Origin: Eledone cirrhosa
Taxonomy: Eukaryota
Assembly: GCA_964016885.1 (NCBI GenBank)
Contig: OZ024741.1
Location: 214,024,001 to 214,088,000, forward strand
DNA: 64,000 bases
Direction: 5' to 3'
The notes beneath the pieces were generated by a model that did not search any database, had not been told where the DNA came from, and saw only the letters and a program-made list of their open reading frames with translations. A program made the translations under genes and the position numbers. Each line of letters starts with the position of its first letter. Within the stretch, counting starts at the first letter, position 1. Below are positions 1-16,053 of the stretch, one piece after another.

Positions 1-156
1 TGGAGAAAGAAAAAAAAAAGACAAAGAAAGACGATGAATAAAAGAAAAAAAAAGGCGCAAGGGAAAGATTTGTAAGAGTTCTTCTGAGCCATTTTAAGTA
101 CGTCGTTTTCTTGAAGGTTTTTCTGGCTGGTCTGGTTTGGCTGTGTTAATAGGAGC

Positions 157-1315
157 GAGGGACAGACACACACACACACGTAGACATACACACACACACG
201 TAGACATACACACACACACATGTGTAGTTATATACACACACTGGTCTGTATTTGGTGTCGTAATGAGGACAGACATACACACACACACACGTAGACATAC
301 ACACACACACGTAGACATACACACACACATGTGTAGTTATATACACACACTGGCCTGTATTTGGTGTCGTAATGGGGACAGACATACACACACACACGTA
401 GACATACACACACACACATGTGTAGTTATATACACACACTGGTCTGTATTTGGTGTCGTAATGAGGACAGACATACACACACACACACGTAGACATACAC
501 ACACACACGTAGACATACACACACACATGTGTAGTTATATACACACACTGGCCTGTATTTGGTGTCGTAATGGGGACAGACATACACACACACACGCGTA
601 GACATACACATACACACGTAAACATACACACACACGTGTAGTTATATACACATATACTAGCCTGTATTTGGTGTTGTAATGGGGACAGACATACACACAC
701 ACGTAGACATACACACACACACGTAGACATACACACACATGTGTAGTTATATACACATATACTGGTCTGTATTTGGTGTCGTAATGGGGACAGACATACA
801 CACACACGTAGACATACACACACACACGTAGACATACACACACATGTGTAGTTATATACATATACTGGTCTGTATTTGGTGTCGTAATGGGGACAGACAT
901 ACACACACACGTAGACATACACACACACACGTAGACATACACACACATGTGTAGTTATATACACATATACTGGTCTGTATTTGGTGTCGTAATGGGGACA
1001 GACATACACACACACGTAGACATACACACACACACGTAGACATACACACACATGTGTAGTTATATACATATACTGGTCTGTATTTGGTGTCGTAATGGGG
1101 ACAGACATACACACACACGTAGACATACACACACACACGTAGACATACACACACATGTGTAGTTATATACACATATACTGGTCTGTATTTGGTGTCGTAA
1201 TGGGGACAGACATACACACACACGTAGACATACACACACACACGTAGACATACACACACATGTGTAGTTATATACATATACTGGTCTGTATTTGGTGTCG
1301 TAATGGGGACAGACA
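157..1315. repeat. Minisatellite, ~90-110 bp unit with embedded CA runs
   Basis: Recurring core CTGGTCTGTATTTGGTGTCGTAATGGGGACAGACATAC followed by (CA)nCGTAGACATA modules. Confidence 0.95.
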
Positions 1316-2628
<1,313 letters not shown>

Positions 2629-2651
2629 CTAAAAGAAAAAGTCTCAAGTCT

Positions 2652-2924
2652 GTCTTAAGCCAGAAGGCTCATTTGGCCGGTGCTTATCCCGGTTTCATGG
2701 CGTGAAGCGACTGAGAGTACAAGACTTCCCCCTGGACAGGACGCCAGTCTATCGCAGGGTTAAACCTCCAGCTATTGCTGGTACTCATTTTCAGCTGAGT
2801 ATACTGGAGCAACGTGAAATAAAGTGTCTTGCTCAAGAACACAACACATCACCCGGTCCGAGAATTGAACTCACAAGCTTTCGATTGCAAGCCCAATGCT
2901 CTAACCACTAAGCCATGCGCCTTC
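2652..2924 (-). mobile_element. tRNA-derived SINE (family 2)
   Basis: Minus strand begins GAAGGCGCATGGCTTAGTGGTTAGAGC (A box), has GAGTTCAATTC (B box) and TGTTCTTGAGCAAGACACTTTATTTCACG; similar to 16925-17143. Confidence 0.8.
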
Positions 2925-3080
2925 ACACACACACAGTGGTCTGTATCTGGTGAGATAATGGGGACAGAGAGAAAAATACACACTCAGACGCACACATATG
3001 TATACTGGTCTGGTCTGGTACTAGTGTGTTAATGGAGAAAAAGACAGTCAGACAGAGAAAGGGACATACAAAACAGGTAG

Positions 3081-3133
<53 letters not shown>

Positions 3134-3153
3134 ATATATATATATAGAGTAAA

Positions 3154-3346
3154 AATTGTTTTCGTACTTTTGGCACAAGGACAGCAATTATCCCATTGTA
3201 TTACTGGTACTTTATTTTATCGACCCCGTAAGGATGAAAGGCAAAATTAACCTCGGCGGGATTTGAACTCAGACCATAAAGGGCCGTAACTCTTTGCTGC
3301 TAAGCATGGCATCCGACTCTCTACCGATACTGTCAATCCACCGCCC
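3154..3346 (-). mobile_element. tRNA-derived SINE (family 1)
   Basis: Reverse complement GGGCGGTGGATTGACAGTATCGGTAGAG...GAGTTCAAATCCC...GCCTTTCATCCTTACGGGGTCGATAAAATAAAGTACCAG; many copies in window. Confidence 0.85.
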
Positions 3347-3439
3347 TAATAATAAATCTGAAGACTAAAATCCGAAGAGGGCTCGATAAGGATAATATAT
3401 GTATTATATATTGCATCCACAGATTGATTTTGTTTTTAA

Positions 3440-3486
3440 TTTCAGAAGATCCCGTTAAGGGTGAAAGCAGCGATTCTTTGCTTAAA
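3440..3486 (+). ncRNA. Hammerhead-like motif with atypical CAGAAGA core (PLE-end remnant, family I)
   Basis: TTT-CAGAAGA-TCCC GTTAA GGGT-GAAA-GCA..TGC-TT-AAA; second copy at 50300-50346 minus; abuts (TA)n. Confidence 0.45.
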
Positions 3487-3499
3487 CTTTAATCTGTTA

Positions 3500-3552
<53 letters not shown>

Positions 3553-4146
3553 TAATACATTAACAGAGAAATCTTTAAGCAATACTCCGACCGGCTTCCG
3601 TCTCACTCAACAAATACATCTCTCTTTCCAAACGATCGTTTCATTATAAGTATTCTACAAATTGGGAAAATGATGTCCAGGTTATGTAGAAGCCTACACA
3701 TAGTCCATATATATAAATGAAAGGTATAGAAAGTATTGTAGCAAGAAGCCAACAGTGTATTCCATAATATAATATATAAGTGACTATAGCGTCAAATTGG
3801 GAAAATAGTTAACGTAAGATGTGGGGAAAATAATTCAAACTCAATTCAAAAAGAATCAGGATATAGATTTATCCAACAGAATTTAGTGAAATTCAGGGAA
3901 AAATCAATAGAGCCTTAACTCATGATAAAATAAAGTTTAAAATACTCATCCTTCAATTTGGGACAACTACAAACGCTCTGTATAGTCTTGATATATATAT
4001 ATATATATATATACATATATATATAAAAACAATGAGTTATTTGGTTTGTTGATTTTTCAACAAAGTTAATTTACAACACATTCGAAATACATGAAGATAT
4101 GTCACTATCTTAACACCAAATATTATATTTTATCCGACAATAAATA

Positions 4147-4268
4147 GGCGGTGGATTGGCAGTATCGGTAGAGGGTCGGACGCCATGCTTTCCAGCATAG
4201 TTACGTCCCTTTACGATCTGAGTTCAAATCCCGCCGGGATGATTGCTGGCCTAAAGTAGAAACAATTA
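4147..4268 (+). mobile_element. SINE family 1, internally deleted
   Basis: tRNA-like head intact, jumps to 3' end GCTGGCCTAAAGTAGAAACAATT. Confidence 0.75.
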
Positions 4269-4374
4269 TATTTTATCTGACGAAAGCGTACTAAAATTTT
4301 AGTACCCTTGAAATACGTATAATAAAATAAATATGGTTTTATAAAGACATTTTCCATTTATTAATATTATTGAT

Positions 4375-4407
<33 letters not shown>

Positions 4408-4413
<6 letters not shown>

Positions 4414-4742
4414 ATACTTGGGGAGGGTCATATTGTTGTAATAATATTGCCAGAAATATAATAACAGAACACACTGTTTGGTTGGTTTTCGGTTCTGTAT
4501 CTTTTATATCTCCACAGTTAATTCATTTGGTCCTCAATGTTTACCATTGACTGACCAACGGTCAAAAATACAGATATCAATATAGATGTAAACACATGTA
4601 TAACAAAGTTCTTTCGTTGCACATCTGCAACATCATCAATGGTAATATTATGTTCCTCCTGTTGTATTGTATGGCTACGCCATTTTTATTTCATCTGTTT
4701 CGACACACGATTTCATATCAAAAACCTCGCCAAACAAATTCA
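4408..4742 (-). mobile_element. PLE pseudo-LTR remnant (family G) with degenerate hammerhead at 4603-4642
   Basis: Terminus GTTATACTTGGGGAGGGTCA shared with 38548/38845 and 20230-20263; minus strand CA-TTGATGA-T GTTGCA GATG TGCAAC-GAAA-GAAC-TT-TG; flanked by (TA)n. Confidence 0.6.
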
Positions 4743-5261
4743 TATATGTATATATATATATATTTAATACATTAACAGAGAAAGCTTTAAGCGATACTCT
4801 GACCAACTCCATCTCACTCAGCAAACATTAGGATATACCTAAGTATAATCCCAATTAATTGTTTGGGGTGCTAACTATATAGTATTTCGTGGAAAGTTGG
4901 TTGTATTCTTTTATGTTAATGCGGACAGTTTCAATGTTTAATAGGGTGGAGAGAGAGCGAGAGAGAGGGAGAGAGAGTGATGGACGGCCACGAATACAAA
5001 TATATATATATATACACACTTGCATACATATACACAGGCATTATTAGTTGTTTCTGGTGTGTTAATGCGAAGTTTCAATGTGTTTAGTAGTAGAGAGAGG
5101 GGAGGGGAGGGTAAGGTGGGGGGGGGGGATAAACAAACACATACACAACGACAGTTCCTTGTTTAATGGTAAGGTGGGGTGGAGGTGAGTGAGAGAGAGA
5201 GGAGGGCTTGTAAAATATATATATACACTGTTCCTGTGTGTTTAATTATGAGGGGGGGTAA

Positions 5262-8147
5262 GTACACACACGGAGAGACACACACTGACACATACACACA
5301 CATGCACACACTGACACAGACACACGCACACACACACACTGACACAGACACACGCACACACACACACACTGACACAGACACACGCACACACACACATTGA
5401 CACAGACACACACATGTACTCACTGACACATACACACACATGCACACACTGACACAGACACACACATACACACACTGACACAGACACACAGATGCACACA
5501 CTGACACAGACACACGCAGGCACACACTGACACATACACACATGCACACACTGACACAGACACACACATGCACACACACACACGTGCACACACTGACACA
5601 TACACACACATGCACACACTGACACAGACACACGCATGCACACACTGACACACACACATGCACACACAGACACATACACACACATGCACACACTGACACA
5701 GACACACGCATGCACACACTGACACACACACATGCACACACTGACACAGACACACACAGGCACACATTGACACAGACACACACATGCACACACACACACA
5801 TGCACACACTGACACACACACATGCACACACTGACAGAGACACACACAGGCACACATTGACACAGACACACACATGCACACACACACACATGCACACACT
5901 GACACAGACACACGCACACACACATTGACACAGACAAACACAGGCACACACTGACACAGACACACACAGACACACACTGACACAGACACACACATGCACA
6001 CACTGACACAGACACACACGTGCACACACTGACACAGACGCACACAGGCACACACTGACACATACACACGCAGGCACACATTGAGACAGACACACACATG
6101 CACACACTGACACAGATACACGCATGCACACACTGACACACACACACACATGCACACTGACACAGACACACACATGTACACACTGACACAGACACACACA
6201 GGCACACACTGACACAGACACACGCACACACACATTGACACAGACAAACACAGGCACACATTGACACAGACACACACAGGCACACACATGCACACACTGA
6301 CACAGACACACACATGCACACACTGACACAGACGCACACAGGCACACACTGACACAGACACACGCACACACACATTGACACAGACAAACACAGGCACACA
6401 CTGACACAGATACACACATGCACACACTGACACACACACACACATGCACACTGACACAGACACACACAGGCACACACTGACACAGACACACACAGGCACA
6501 CACTGACACAGACACACGCACACACACATTGACACAGACAAACACAGGCACACATTGACACAGACACACACAGGCACACACATGCACACACTGACACAGA
6601 CACACACATGCACACACTGACACAGACGCACACAGGCACACACTGACACAGACACACGCACACACACATTGACACAGACAAACACAGGCACACACTGACA
6701 CAGATACACACATGCACACACTGACACACACACACACATGCACACTGACACAGACACACACATGCACACACTGACACAGACACACACATGCACACACTGA
6801 CACAGACACACACATGCACACACTGACACAGACACACACATGCACACACTGACACAGACACACACAGGCACACACTGACACAGACACACACAGGCACACA
6901 CTGACACAGACACACGCATGCACACACTGACACAGACACACACATGCACACACTGACACAGACACACACATGCACACACTGACACAGACACACACATGCA
7001 CACACTGACACAGACACACACATGCACACACTGACACAGACACACACAGACACACACATGCACACACTGACAGAGACACAAACAGGCACACACTGACACA
7101 GACACACGCACACACACATTGACACAGACACACACTGACACAGACACACACATGCACACACTGACACAGACACACACAGGCACACACTGACACAGACACA
7201 CGCACACACACATTGACACAGACAAACACAGGCACACACATGCACACACTGACACAGACACACATTGACACAGACAAACACATGCACACACTGACACAGA
7301 TACACACATGCACACACTGACACACACACACACATGCACACTGACACAGACACACACATGCACACACTGACACAGACACACACATGCACACACTGACACA
7401 GACACACACATGCACACACACACACACGTGCACACACTGACACAGACACACACATGCACACACTGTCACAGACACACGCACACACACATTGACACAGACA
7501 AACACAGGCACACACTGACACAGACACACACAGGCACACACTGTCACAGACACACGCACACACACATTGACACAGACAAACACAGGCACACACTGACACA
7601 GACACACACAGGCACACACTGTCACAGACACACGCACACACACATTGACACAGACACACACATGCACACACTGACACAGACACACACATGCACACACACA
7701 CACACGTGCACACACTGACACAGACACACACATGCACACACTGACACAGACACACACAGGCACACACTAACACAGACACACACATGCACACACTGACACA
7801 GACACACACATGCACACACTGACACAGACACACACATGCACACACTGACACAGACACACACATGCACACACTGACACAGACACACACATGCACACACTAA
7901 CACACACATGCACACACTGACACAGACACACACATGCACACACTGACACAGACACACACAGGCACACACTAACTCACACATGCACACACTGACACAGACA
8001 CACACATGCACACACTGACACAGACACACACAGGCACACACTAACACACACATGCACACACTGACACAGACACACGCAGGCACACACTGATACAGACACA
8101 CACATGCACACACTGATACAGACACACACATGCACACACTGACACAC
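5262..8147. repeat. CA-rich minisatellite, ~26 bp unit
   Basis: Unit TGCACACACTGACACAGACACACACA with variants, repeated over ~2.9 kb. Confidence 0.95.
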
Positions 8148-8419
8148 TCTCTCTCTCTACCACACACACTCTCTATCTACCTCTCTCTCAACCACTCACT
8201 CTCTCTACCACATTCCTCCCTCTACCACTCACTCTCTCTACCACCCTCTCTTTTCCCTACAAACATCCCTCACACCATCGTTTCTTACCCGACGAAAGAC
8301 TAACGTCCAATACGTTGATGTCATTTAATTTTCTATTTCAGACAGCCACTAAACTAATAAAACATTCTCTAAATTACTCTCCCTCTTTATTTTCACTACT
8401 TTTCATTGGTGACCTTGCT

Positions 8420-8458
8420 CCATATATATATACATACACACACAGACGCACACGTTTG

Positions 8459-8516
<58 letters not shown>

Positions 8517-8565
8517 TTTGTATGTGTGTGTGTGTGTGTGTGTGTGTATTTATATATATACATAT

Positions 8566-8603
<38 letters not shown>

Positions 8604-8700
8604 GTGTGTGTGTGTATATATACGTGTGTGTGTGTGTGTATATATATATGTGTGTATATATATGTATATATACATATATATGTGTATGTATATATATATA

Positions 8701-8749
<49 letters not shown>

Positions 8750-8766
8750 ATATATAAGTGTGTATG

Positions 8767-8806
<40 letters not shown>

Positions 8807-8818
8807 CATATGTGTGTG

Positions 8819-8881
<63 letters not shown>

Positions 8882-8978
8882 TTTCGGCTCTGTTGTATTA
8901 CATTGAGCTATATCTTATACTATCATTTCTATAATACGACGAGTGTGTTTTACACCAACGCACTCTAGTATGTTAATT

Positions 8979-9015
<37 letters not shown>

Positions 9016-9098
9016 TACGTGCTTGTCTGTATAAATGCTCCCTCTCTCCCAGTTTCTCTCTCTCTTAGTCTCTCTCTCTGTCTCTCTCATTCTCCTCC

Positions 9099-9125
<27 letters not shown>
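8420..9125. repeat. Compound (TA)n/(TG)n/(CT)n microsatellite
   Basis: Direct reading. Confidence 0.95.
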
Positions 9126-9130
<5 letters not shown>

Positions 9131-9249
9131 TATTAGAAATAAATACAAAAAACAGAACCACCAGCTTGTGGCTATGTTTACAAAAGTTATTGGGAAATCG
9201 TTCTGGTCGAACGATTCAATTCATCCGTGTCTAGGAACGTTGATATTAT

Positions 9250-10510
9250 GTGATATTTTGGGAGGTGTAGGTTTGTGTGATATATTGTGTGGTGTGGGCT
9301 TGTGTTATATTGTGTGGTGTGGGCTTGTGTTATATTGTGTGGTGTGGGCTTGTGTTATATCGTGTGGTGTGGGCTTGTGTTATATTGTGTGGTGTAGGTT
9401 TGTGTGATATATTGCGTGGTGTGGGCTTGTGTTACATTGTGTGGTGTGGGCTTGTGTTATATTGTGTGGTGTAGGCTTGTGTTATATTGTGTGGTGTGGG
9501 CTTGTGTTATATTGTGTGGTGTGGGCTTGTGTTATATTGTGTGGTGTGGGCTTGTGTTGTATTGTGTGGTGTGGGCTTGTGTTGTATCGTGTGGTGTGGG
9601 CTTGTGTTATATTGTGTGGTGTGGGCTTGTGTTATATCGTATGGTGTAAGGTTGTGTTATATTGTATGGTGTGGGCTTGTGTTATATTGTGTGGTGTAGG
9701 TTTGTGTGTTATATTGTGTGGTGTGGGCTTGTGTTATATTGTGTGGTGTGGGCTTGTGTTATATTGTGTGGTGTAGGCTTGTGTTATATTGTGTGGTGTG
9801 GGCTTGTGTTATATTGTGTGGTGTAGGCTTGTGTTATATTGTGTGGTGTAGGCTTGTGTTGTATCGTGTGGTGTGGGCTTGTGTTATATTGTGTGGTGTG
9901 GGCTTGTGTTATATCGTATGGTGTAAGGTTGTGTTATATTGTATGGTGTGGGCTTGTGTTATATTGTGTGGTGTAGGTTTGTGTGATATATTGTGTGGTG
10001 TGGGCTTGTGTTATATTGTGTGGTGTATGGTTGTGTTATATTGTATGGTGTGGGCTTGTGTTATATTGTGTGGTGTGGGCTTGTGTTATATTGTGTGGTG
10101 TATGGTTGTGTTATATTGTATGGTGTGGGCTTGTGTTATATCGTGTGGTGTGGGCTTGTGTTATATTGTGTGGTGTATGGTTGTGTTATATTGTATGGTG
10201 TGGGCTTGTGTTATATCGTATGGTGTAAGGTTGTGTTATATTGTGTGGTGTGGGCTTGTGTTATATTGTGTGGTGTATGGTGTTATATTGTGTGGTGTAG
10301 GCTTGTATTATATTGTGTGGTGTATGGTGTTATATTGTGTGGTGTAGGCTTGTATTATATTGTGTGGTGTATGGTGTTATATTGTGTGGTGTAGGCTTGT
10401 ATTATATTGTGTGGTGTATGGTGTTATATTGTATGGTGTAGGCTTGTGTTATATTGTGTGGTGGAGGTTTCTGTTATATTGTATGGTGTAGGCTTGTGTT
10501 ATATTGTATT
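9250..10510. repeat. 25 bp GT-rich minisatellite
   Basis: Unit GTGTGGTGTGGGCTTGTGTTATATT. Confidence 0.95.
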
Positions 10511-11019
10511 GAGTGGTGTGGGGGTTGTGTGTTATTGTATTGAGTGGTCTGGAGTTGTGTGTTATTGTGTGGTGTATGGTGTTATAAATGTTGTGGTGTG
10601 TTCTCGTGTATAGTATTGTATATTGTGTGGTGTTTTGTGGTGTGTGGTATTGTATATTGTGTGATGTATACGTGGTGTATGTGGTGTACTGTGGTGTATG
10701 TTAGTGTGTTATTGATGTTATATATTTTGTCGTGTTCTCTGGTGTGTGATATTGTGTTATGTAATATCATGTGTGTGATATTGTATGTGTTGTTCTCTGA
10801 AGTTGTGTAATAGGGTGTTGTGTGATATTACATGGTATGTGGTGTTCTGTGGTGTGTAATTTGTGTGGTGTTGTGTGATGTTGCATGGTGTTGTGTAATA
10901 CTGTGATACTGTAAGATATTGTGTGGCGTTGTGTGGTTTTGTGTGATAATGTATGTGGTGATGTGTGATGTAGTATGATGTTGTATGGTGTTGTATATTA
11001 CTATGATATTGTGGTATGC

Positions 11020-14000
11020 TGTGTGGTGTTGTGTGATGTTAATATAGTGTTGTGTAATACTGTGATAGTGTGGTATGTTGTGTGATGTTAATATAGTGTT
11101 GTGTAATACTGTGATAGTGTGGTATGTTGTCTGGTGTTGTGTGATGTTCATATAGTGTTGTGTAATACTGTGATAGTGTGGTATGTTGTGTGGTGTTGTG
11201 TGATGTTAATATAGTGTTGTGTAATACTGCGATAGTGTGGTATGTTGTCTGGTGTTGTGTGATGTTAATATAGTGTTGTGTAATACTGTGATAGTGTGGT
11301 ATGTTGTGTGGTGTTGTGTGATGTTAACATAGTGTTGTGTAATACTGTGATAGTGTGGTATGTTGTGTGGTGTTGTGTGATGTTCATATAGTGTTGTATA
11401 TTACTGTGATAGTGTGGTATGTTGTGTGGTGTTGTGTGATGTTCATATAGTGTTGTATATTACTGTGATAGTGTGGTATGTTGTGTGGTGTTGTGTGATG
11501 TTCATATAGTGTTGTGTAATACTGTGATAGAGTGGTATGTTGTGTGGTGTTGTGTGATGTTAATATAGTGTTGTGTAATACTGTGATAGTGTGGTATGTT
11601 GTGTGGTGTTGTGTGATGTTCATATAGTGTTGTATATTACTGTGATAGTGTGGTATGTTGTGTGGTGTTGTGTGATGTTAATATAGTGTTGTGTAATACT
11701 GTGATAGTGTGGTATGTTGTGTGGTGTTGTGTGATGTTCATATAGTGTTGTGTAATACTGTGATAGTGTGGTATGTTGTGTAGTGTTGTGTGATGTTAAT
11801 ATAGTGTTGTGTAATACTGCGATAGTGTGGTATGTTGTGTGGTGTTGTGTGATATTAATATAGTGTTGTATATTACCGTGATAGTGTGGTATGTTGTGTG
11901 GTGTTGTGTGATGTTAATATAGTGTTGTGTAATACTGTGATAGAGTGGTATGTTGTGTGGTGTTGTGTGATGTTCATATAGTGTTGTATATTACTGTGAT
12001 AGTGTGGTATGTTGTGTGGTGTTGTGTGATGTTAATATAGTGTGGTATGTTGTGTGGTGTTGTGTGATATTAATATAGTGTTGTATATTACTGTGATAGT
12101 GTGGTATGTTGTGTGGTGTTGTGTGATGTTAATATAGTGTTGTGTAATACTGTGATAGTGTGGTATGTTGTGTGGTGTTGTGTGATGTTAATATAGTGTG
12201 GTATGTTGTGTGGTGTTGTGTGATGTTAATATAGTGTTGTGTAATACTGTGATAGTGTGGTATGTTGTGTGGTGTTGTGTGATGTTAATATAGTGTGGTA
12301 TGTTGTGTGGTGTTGTGTGATGTTAATATAGTGTTGTGTAATACTGCGATAGTGTGGTATGTTGTGTGGTGTTGTGTGATGTTCATATAGTGTTGTGTAA
12401 TACTGTGATAGTGTGGTATGTTGTGTGGTGTTGTGTGATGTTCATATAGTGTTGTGTAATACTGTGATAGTGTGGTATGTTGTCTGGTGTTGTGTGATGT
12501 TTATATAGTGTTGTGTAATACTGTGATAGTGTGGTATGTTGTGTGGTGTTGTGTGATGTTCATATAGTGTTGTGTAATACTGTGATAGTGTGGTATGTTG
12601 TCTGGTGTTGTGTGATGTTTATATAGTGTTGTGTAATACTGTGATAGTGTGGTATGTTGTGTGGTGTTGTGTGATGTTCATATAGTGTTGTGTAATACTG
12701 TGATAGTGTGGTATGTTGTGTGGTGTTGTGTGATGTTAATATAGTGTTGTGTAATACTGTGATAGTGTGGTATGTTGTGTGGTGTTGTGTGATGTTCATA
12801 TAGTGTTGTGTAATACTGTGATAGTGTGGTATGTTGTGTGGTGTTGTGTGATGTTCATATAGTGTTGTGTATTACTGTGATAGTGTGGTATGTTGTGTGG
12901 TGTTGTGTGATGTTCATATAGTGTTGTGTAATACTGTGATAGTGTGGTATGTTGTCTGGTGTTGTGTGATGTTAATATAGTGTTGTATATTACTGCGATA
13001 GTGTGGTATGTTGTGTGGTGTTGTGTGATGTTCATATAGTGTTGTGTAATACTGTGATAGTGTGGTATGTTGTGTGGTGTTGTGTGATGTTCATATAGTG
13101 TTGTGTAATACTGTGATAGTGTGGTATGTTGTGTGGTGTTGTGTGATGTTCATATAGTGTTGTGTATTACTGTGATAGTGTGGTATGTTGTGTGGTGTTG
13201 TGTGATGTTCATATAGTGTTGTGTAATACTGTGATAGTGTTGTATGTTGTGTGGTGTTGTGTGATGTTCATATAGTGTTGTGTAATACTGTGATAGTGTG
13301 GTATGTCGTGTGGTGTTGTGTGATGTTAATATAGTGTTGTGTAATACTGCGATAGTGTGGTATGTTGTGTGGTGTGGTGTGATGTTAATATAGTGTTGTG
13401 TAATACTGTGATTGTGTGGTATGTTGTCTGGTGTTGTGTGATGTTCATATAGTGTTGTGTAATACTGTGATAGTGTGGTATGTTGTGTGGTGTTGTGTGA
13501 TGTTAATATAGTGTTGTGTAATACTGTGATAGTGTGGTATGTTGTGTGGTGTTGTGTGATGTTAATATAGTGTGGTATGTTGTGTGGTGTTGTGTGATGT
13601 TAATATAGTGTTGTGTAATACTGTGATAGTGTGGTATGTTGTGTGGTGTTGTGTGATGTTAATATAGTGTTGTGTAATACTGCGATAGTGTGGTATGTTG
13701 TGTGGTGTTGTGTGATGTTAATATAGTGTTGTGTAATACTGTGATAGTGTGGTATGTTGTGTGGTGTTGTGTGATGTTAATATAGTGTTGTGTAATACTG
13801 TGATAGTGTGGTATGTTGTGTGGTGTTGTATGATGTTAATATAGTGTTGTGTATTACTGTGATAGTGTGGTATGTTGTGTGGTGTTGTGTGATGTTAATA
13901 TAGTGTGGTATGTTGTGTGGTGTTGTGTGATGTTAATATAGTGTTGTGTAATACTGTGATAGTGTGGTATGTAGTGTGGTGTTGTGTGATGTTAATATAG

Positions 14001-15715
14001 TGTGGTATGTTGTGTGGTGTTGTATGATGTTAATATAGTGTTGTGTAATACTGTGATAGTGTGGTATGTTGTGTGGTGTTGTGTGATGTTAATATAGTGT
14101 TGTGTAATACTGTGATAGTGTGGTATGTTGTGTGGTGTTGTGTGATGTTAATATAGTGTTGTGTAATACTGTGATAGTGTGGTATGTTGTGTGGTGTTGT
14201 GTGATGTTAATATAGTGTTGTGTAATACTGTGATAGTGTGGTATGTAGTGTGGTGTTGTGTGATGTTAATATAGTGTGGTATGTTGTGTGGTGTTGTATG
14301 ATGTTAATATAGTGTTGTGTAATACTGTGATAGTGTGGTATGTTGTGTGGTGTTGTGTGATGTTAATATAGTGTTGTGTAATACTGTGATAGTGTGGTAT
14401 GTAGTGTGGTGTTGTGTGATGTTAATATAGTGTGGTATGTTGTGTGGTGTTGTATGATGTTAATATAGTGTTGTGTAATACTGTGATAGTGTGGTATGTT
14501 GTGTGGTGTTGTGTGATGTTAATATAGTGTTGTATATTACTGTGATAGTGTGGTATGTTGTGTGGTGTTGTGTGATGTTAATATAGTGTTGTGTAATACT
14601 GTGATAGTGTGGTATGTTGTGTGGTGTTGTGTGATGTTCATATAGTGTTGTGTAATACTGTGATAGTGTGGTATGTTGTGTGGTGTTGTGTGATGTTAAT
14701 ATAGTGTTGTGTAATACTGTGATAGTGTGGTATGTTGTGTGGTGTTGTGTGATGTTAATATAGTGTTGTGTAATACTGTGATAGTGTGGTATGTTGTGTG
14801 GTGTTGTGTGATGTTCATATAGTGTTGTGTAATACTGTGATAGTGTGGTATGTTGTGTGGTGTTGTGTGATGTTAATATAGTGTTGTGTAATACTGTGAT
14901 AGTGTGGTATGTTGTGTGGTGTTGTGTGATGTTCATATAGTGTTGTGTAATACTGTGATAGTGTGGTATGTTGTGTGGTGTTGTCTGGTGTTCATATAGT
15001 GTTGTGTAATACTGTGATAGTGTGGTATGTTGTGTGGTGTTGTGTGATGTTAATATAGTGTTGTGTAATACTGTGATAGTGTGGTATGTTGTGTGGTGTT
15101 GTGTGATGTTAATATAGTGTTGTGTAATACTGTGATAGTGTGGTATGTTGTCTGGTGTTGTGTGATGTTAATATAGTGTTGTGTAATACTGTGATAGTGT
15201 GGTATGTTGTGTGGTGTTGTGTGATGTTAATATAGTGTTGTGTAATACTGTGATAGTGTGGTATGTTGTGTGGTGTTGTGTGATGTTAATATAGTGTTGT
15301 GTAATATTGTGATAGTGTGGTATGTTGTGTGGTGTTGTGTGATGTTAATATAGTGTTGTGTAATACTGTGATAGTGTGGTATGTTGTCTGGTGTTGTGTG
15401 ATGTTAATATAGTGTTGTGTAATACTGTGATAGTGTGGTATGTAGTGTGGTGTTGTGTGATGTTAATATAGTGTGGTATGTTGTGTGGTGTTGTATGATG
15501 TTAATATAGTGTTGTGTAATACTGTGATAGTGTGGTATGTTGTGTGGTGTTGTGTGATGTTAATATAGTGTTGTGTAATACTGTGATAGTGTGGTATGTT
15601 GTGTGGTGTTGTGTGATGTTAATATAGTGTTGTGTAATACTGTGATAGTGTGGTATGTTGTGTGGTGTTGTGTGATGTTAATATAGTGTTGTGTAATACT
15701 GTGATAGTGTGGTAT
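11020..15715. repeat. 59 bp GT-rich minisatellite (~4.7 kb)
   Basis: Unit GTGTTGTGTAATACTGTGATAGTGTGGTATGTTGTGTGGTGTTGTGTGATGTTAATATA; recurring 38 bp deletion variant. Confidence 0.97.
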
Positions 15716-15863
15716 TGTGTGATGTAGCATGGTGCTGTTGTGTGATATGTAAGGTTGTGCTGTTACGTGTGGTCGTGTGTGGTTGTGTGGTGTTGTATTG
15801 CATTGTGTGTTATTTTGTAATGTATACCGACAAGGAATATCGAAGTAGTGGAGACTTATGATC

Positions 15864-16053
15864 ATAATTGTTTCTACTTTAGGCACAAGGCCAGCAATTA
15901 CCCAGTACATTACTGGTACTTTATTTTATCGACCCCGTAAGGATGAAAGGCAAAGTTAACCTTGGCGGGATTTGAACTCAGACTGTAAAGGGATGTAACT
16001 ATGCTAGAAAGCATGGCGCCCTACCCTCTACCGATACTGCCAATTCACCGCCC
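15864..16053 (-). mobile_element. SINE family 1, full length
   Basis: Matches other family 1 copies from head to AATTAT tail. Confidence 0.85.

Noticed and set aside
3548-3620. Repeat end shared with 4760-4826, with a GAAG-CCGG-TC half motif on the minus strand
   Set aside because: No 5' core half found; probably a PLE end but unsupported as a ribozyme
8288-8320. Heavily decayed hammerhead-like string, similar to the half motif at 59299-59317 (-)
   Set aside because: Both core boxes mutated; too degenerate to call
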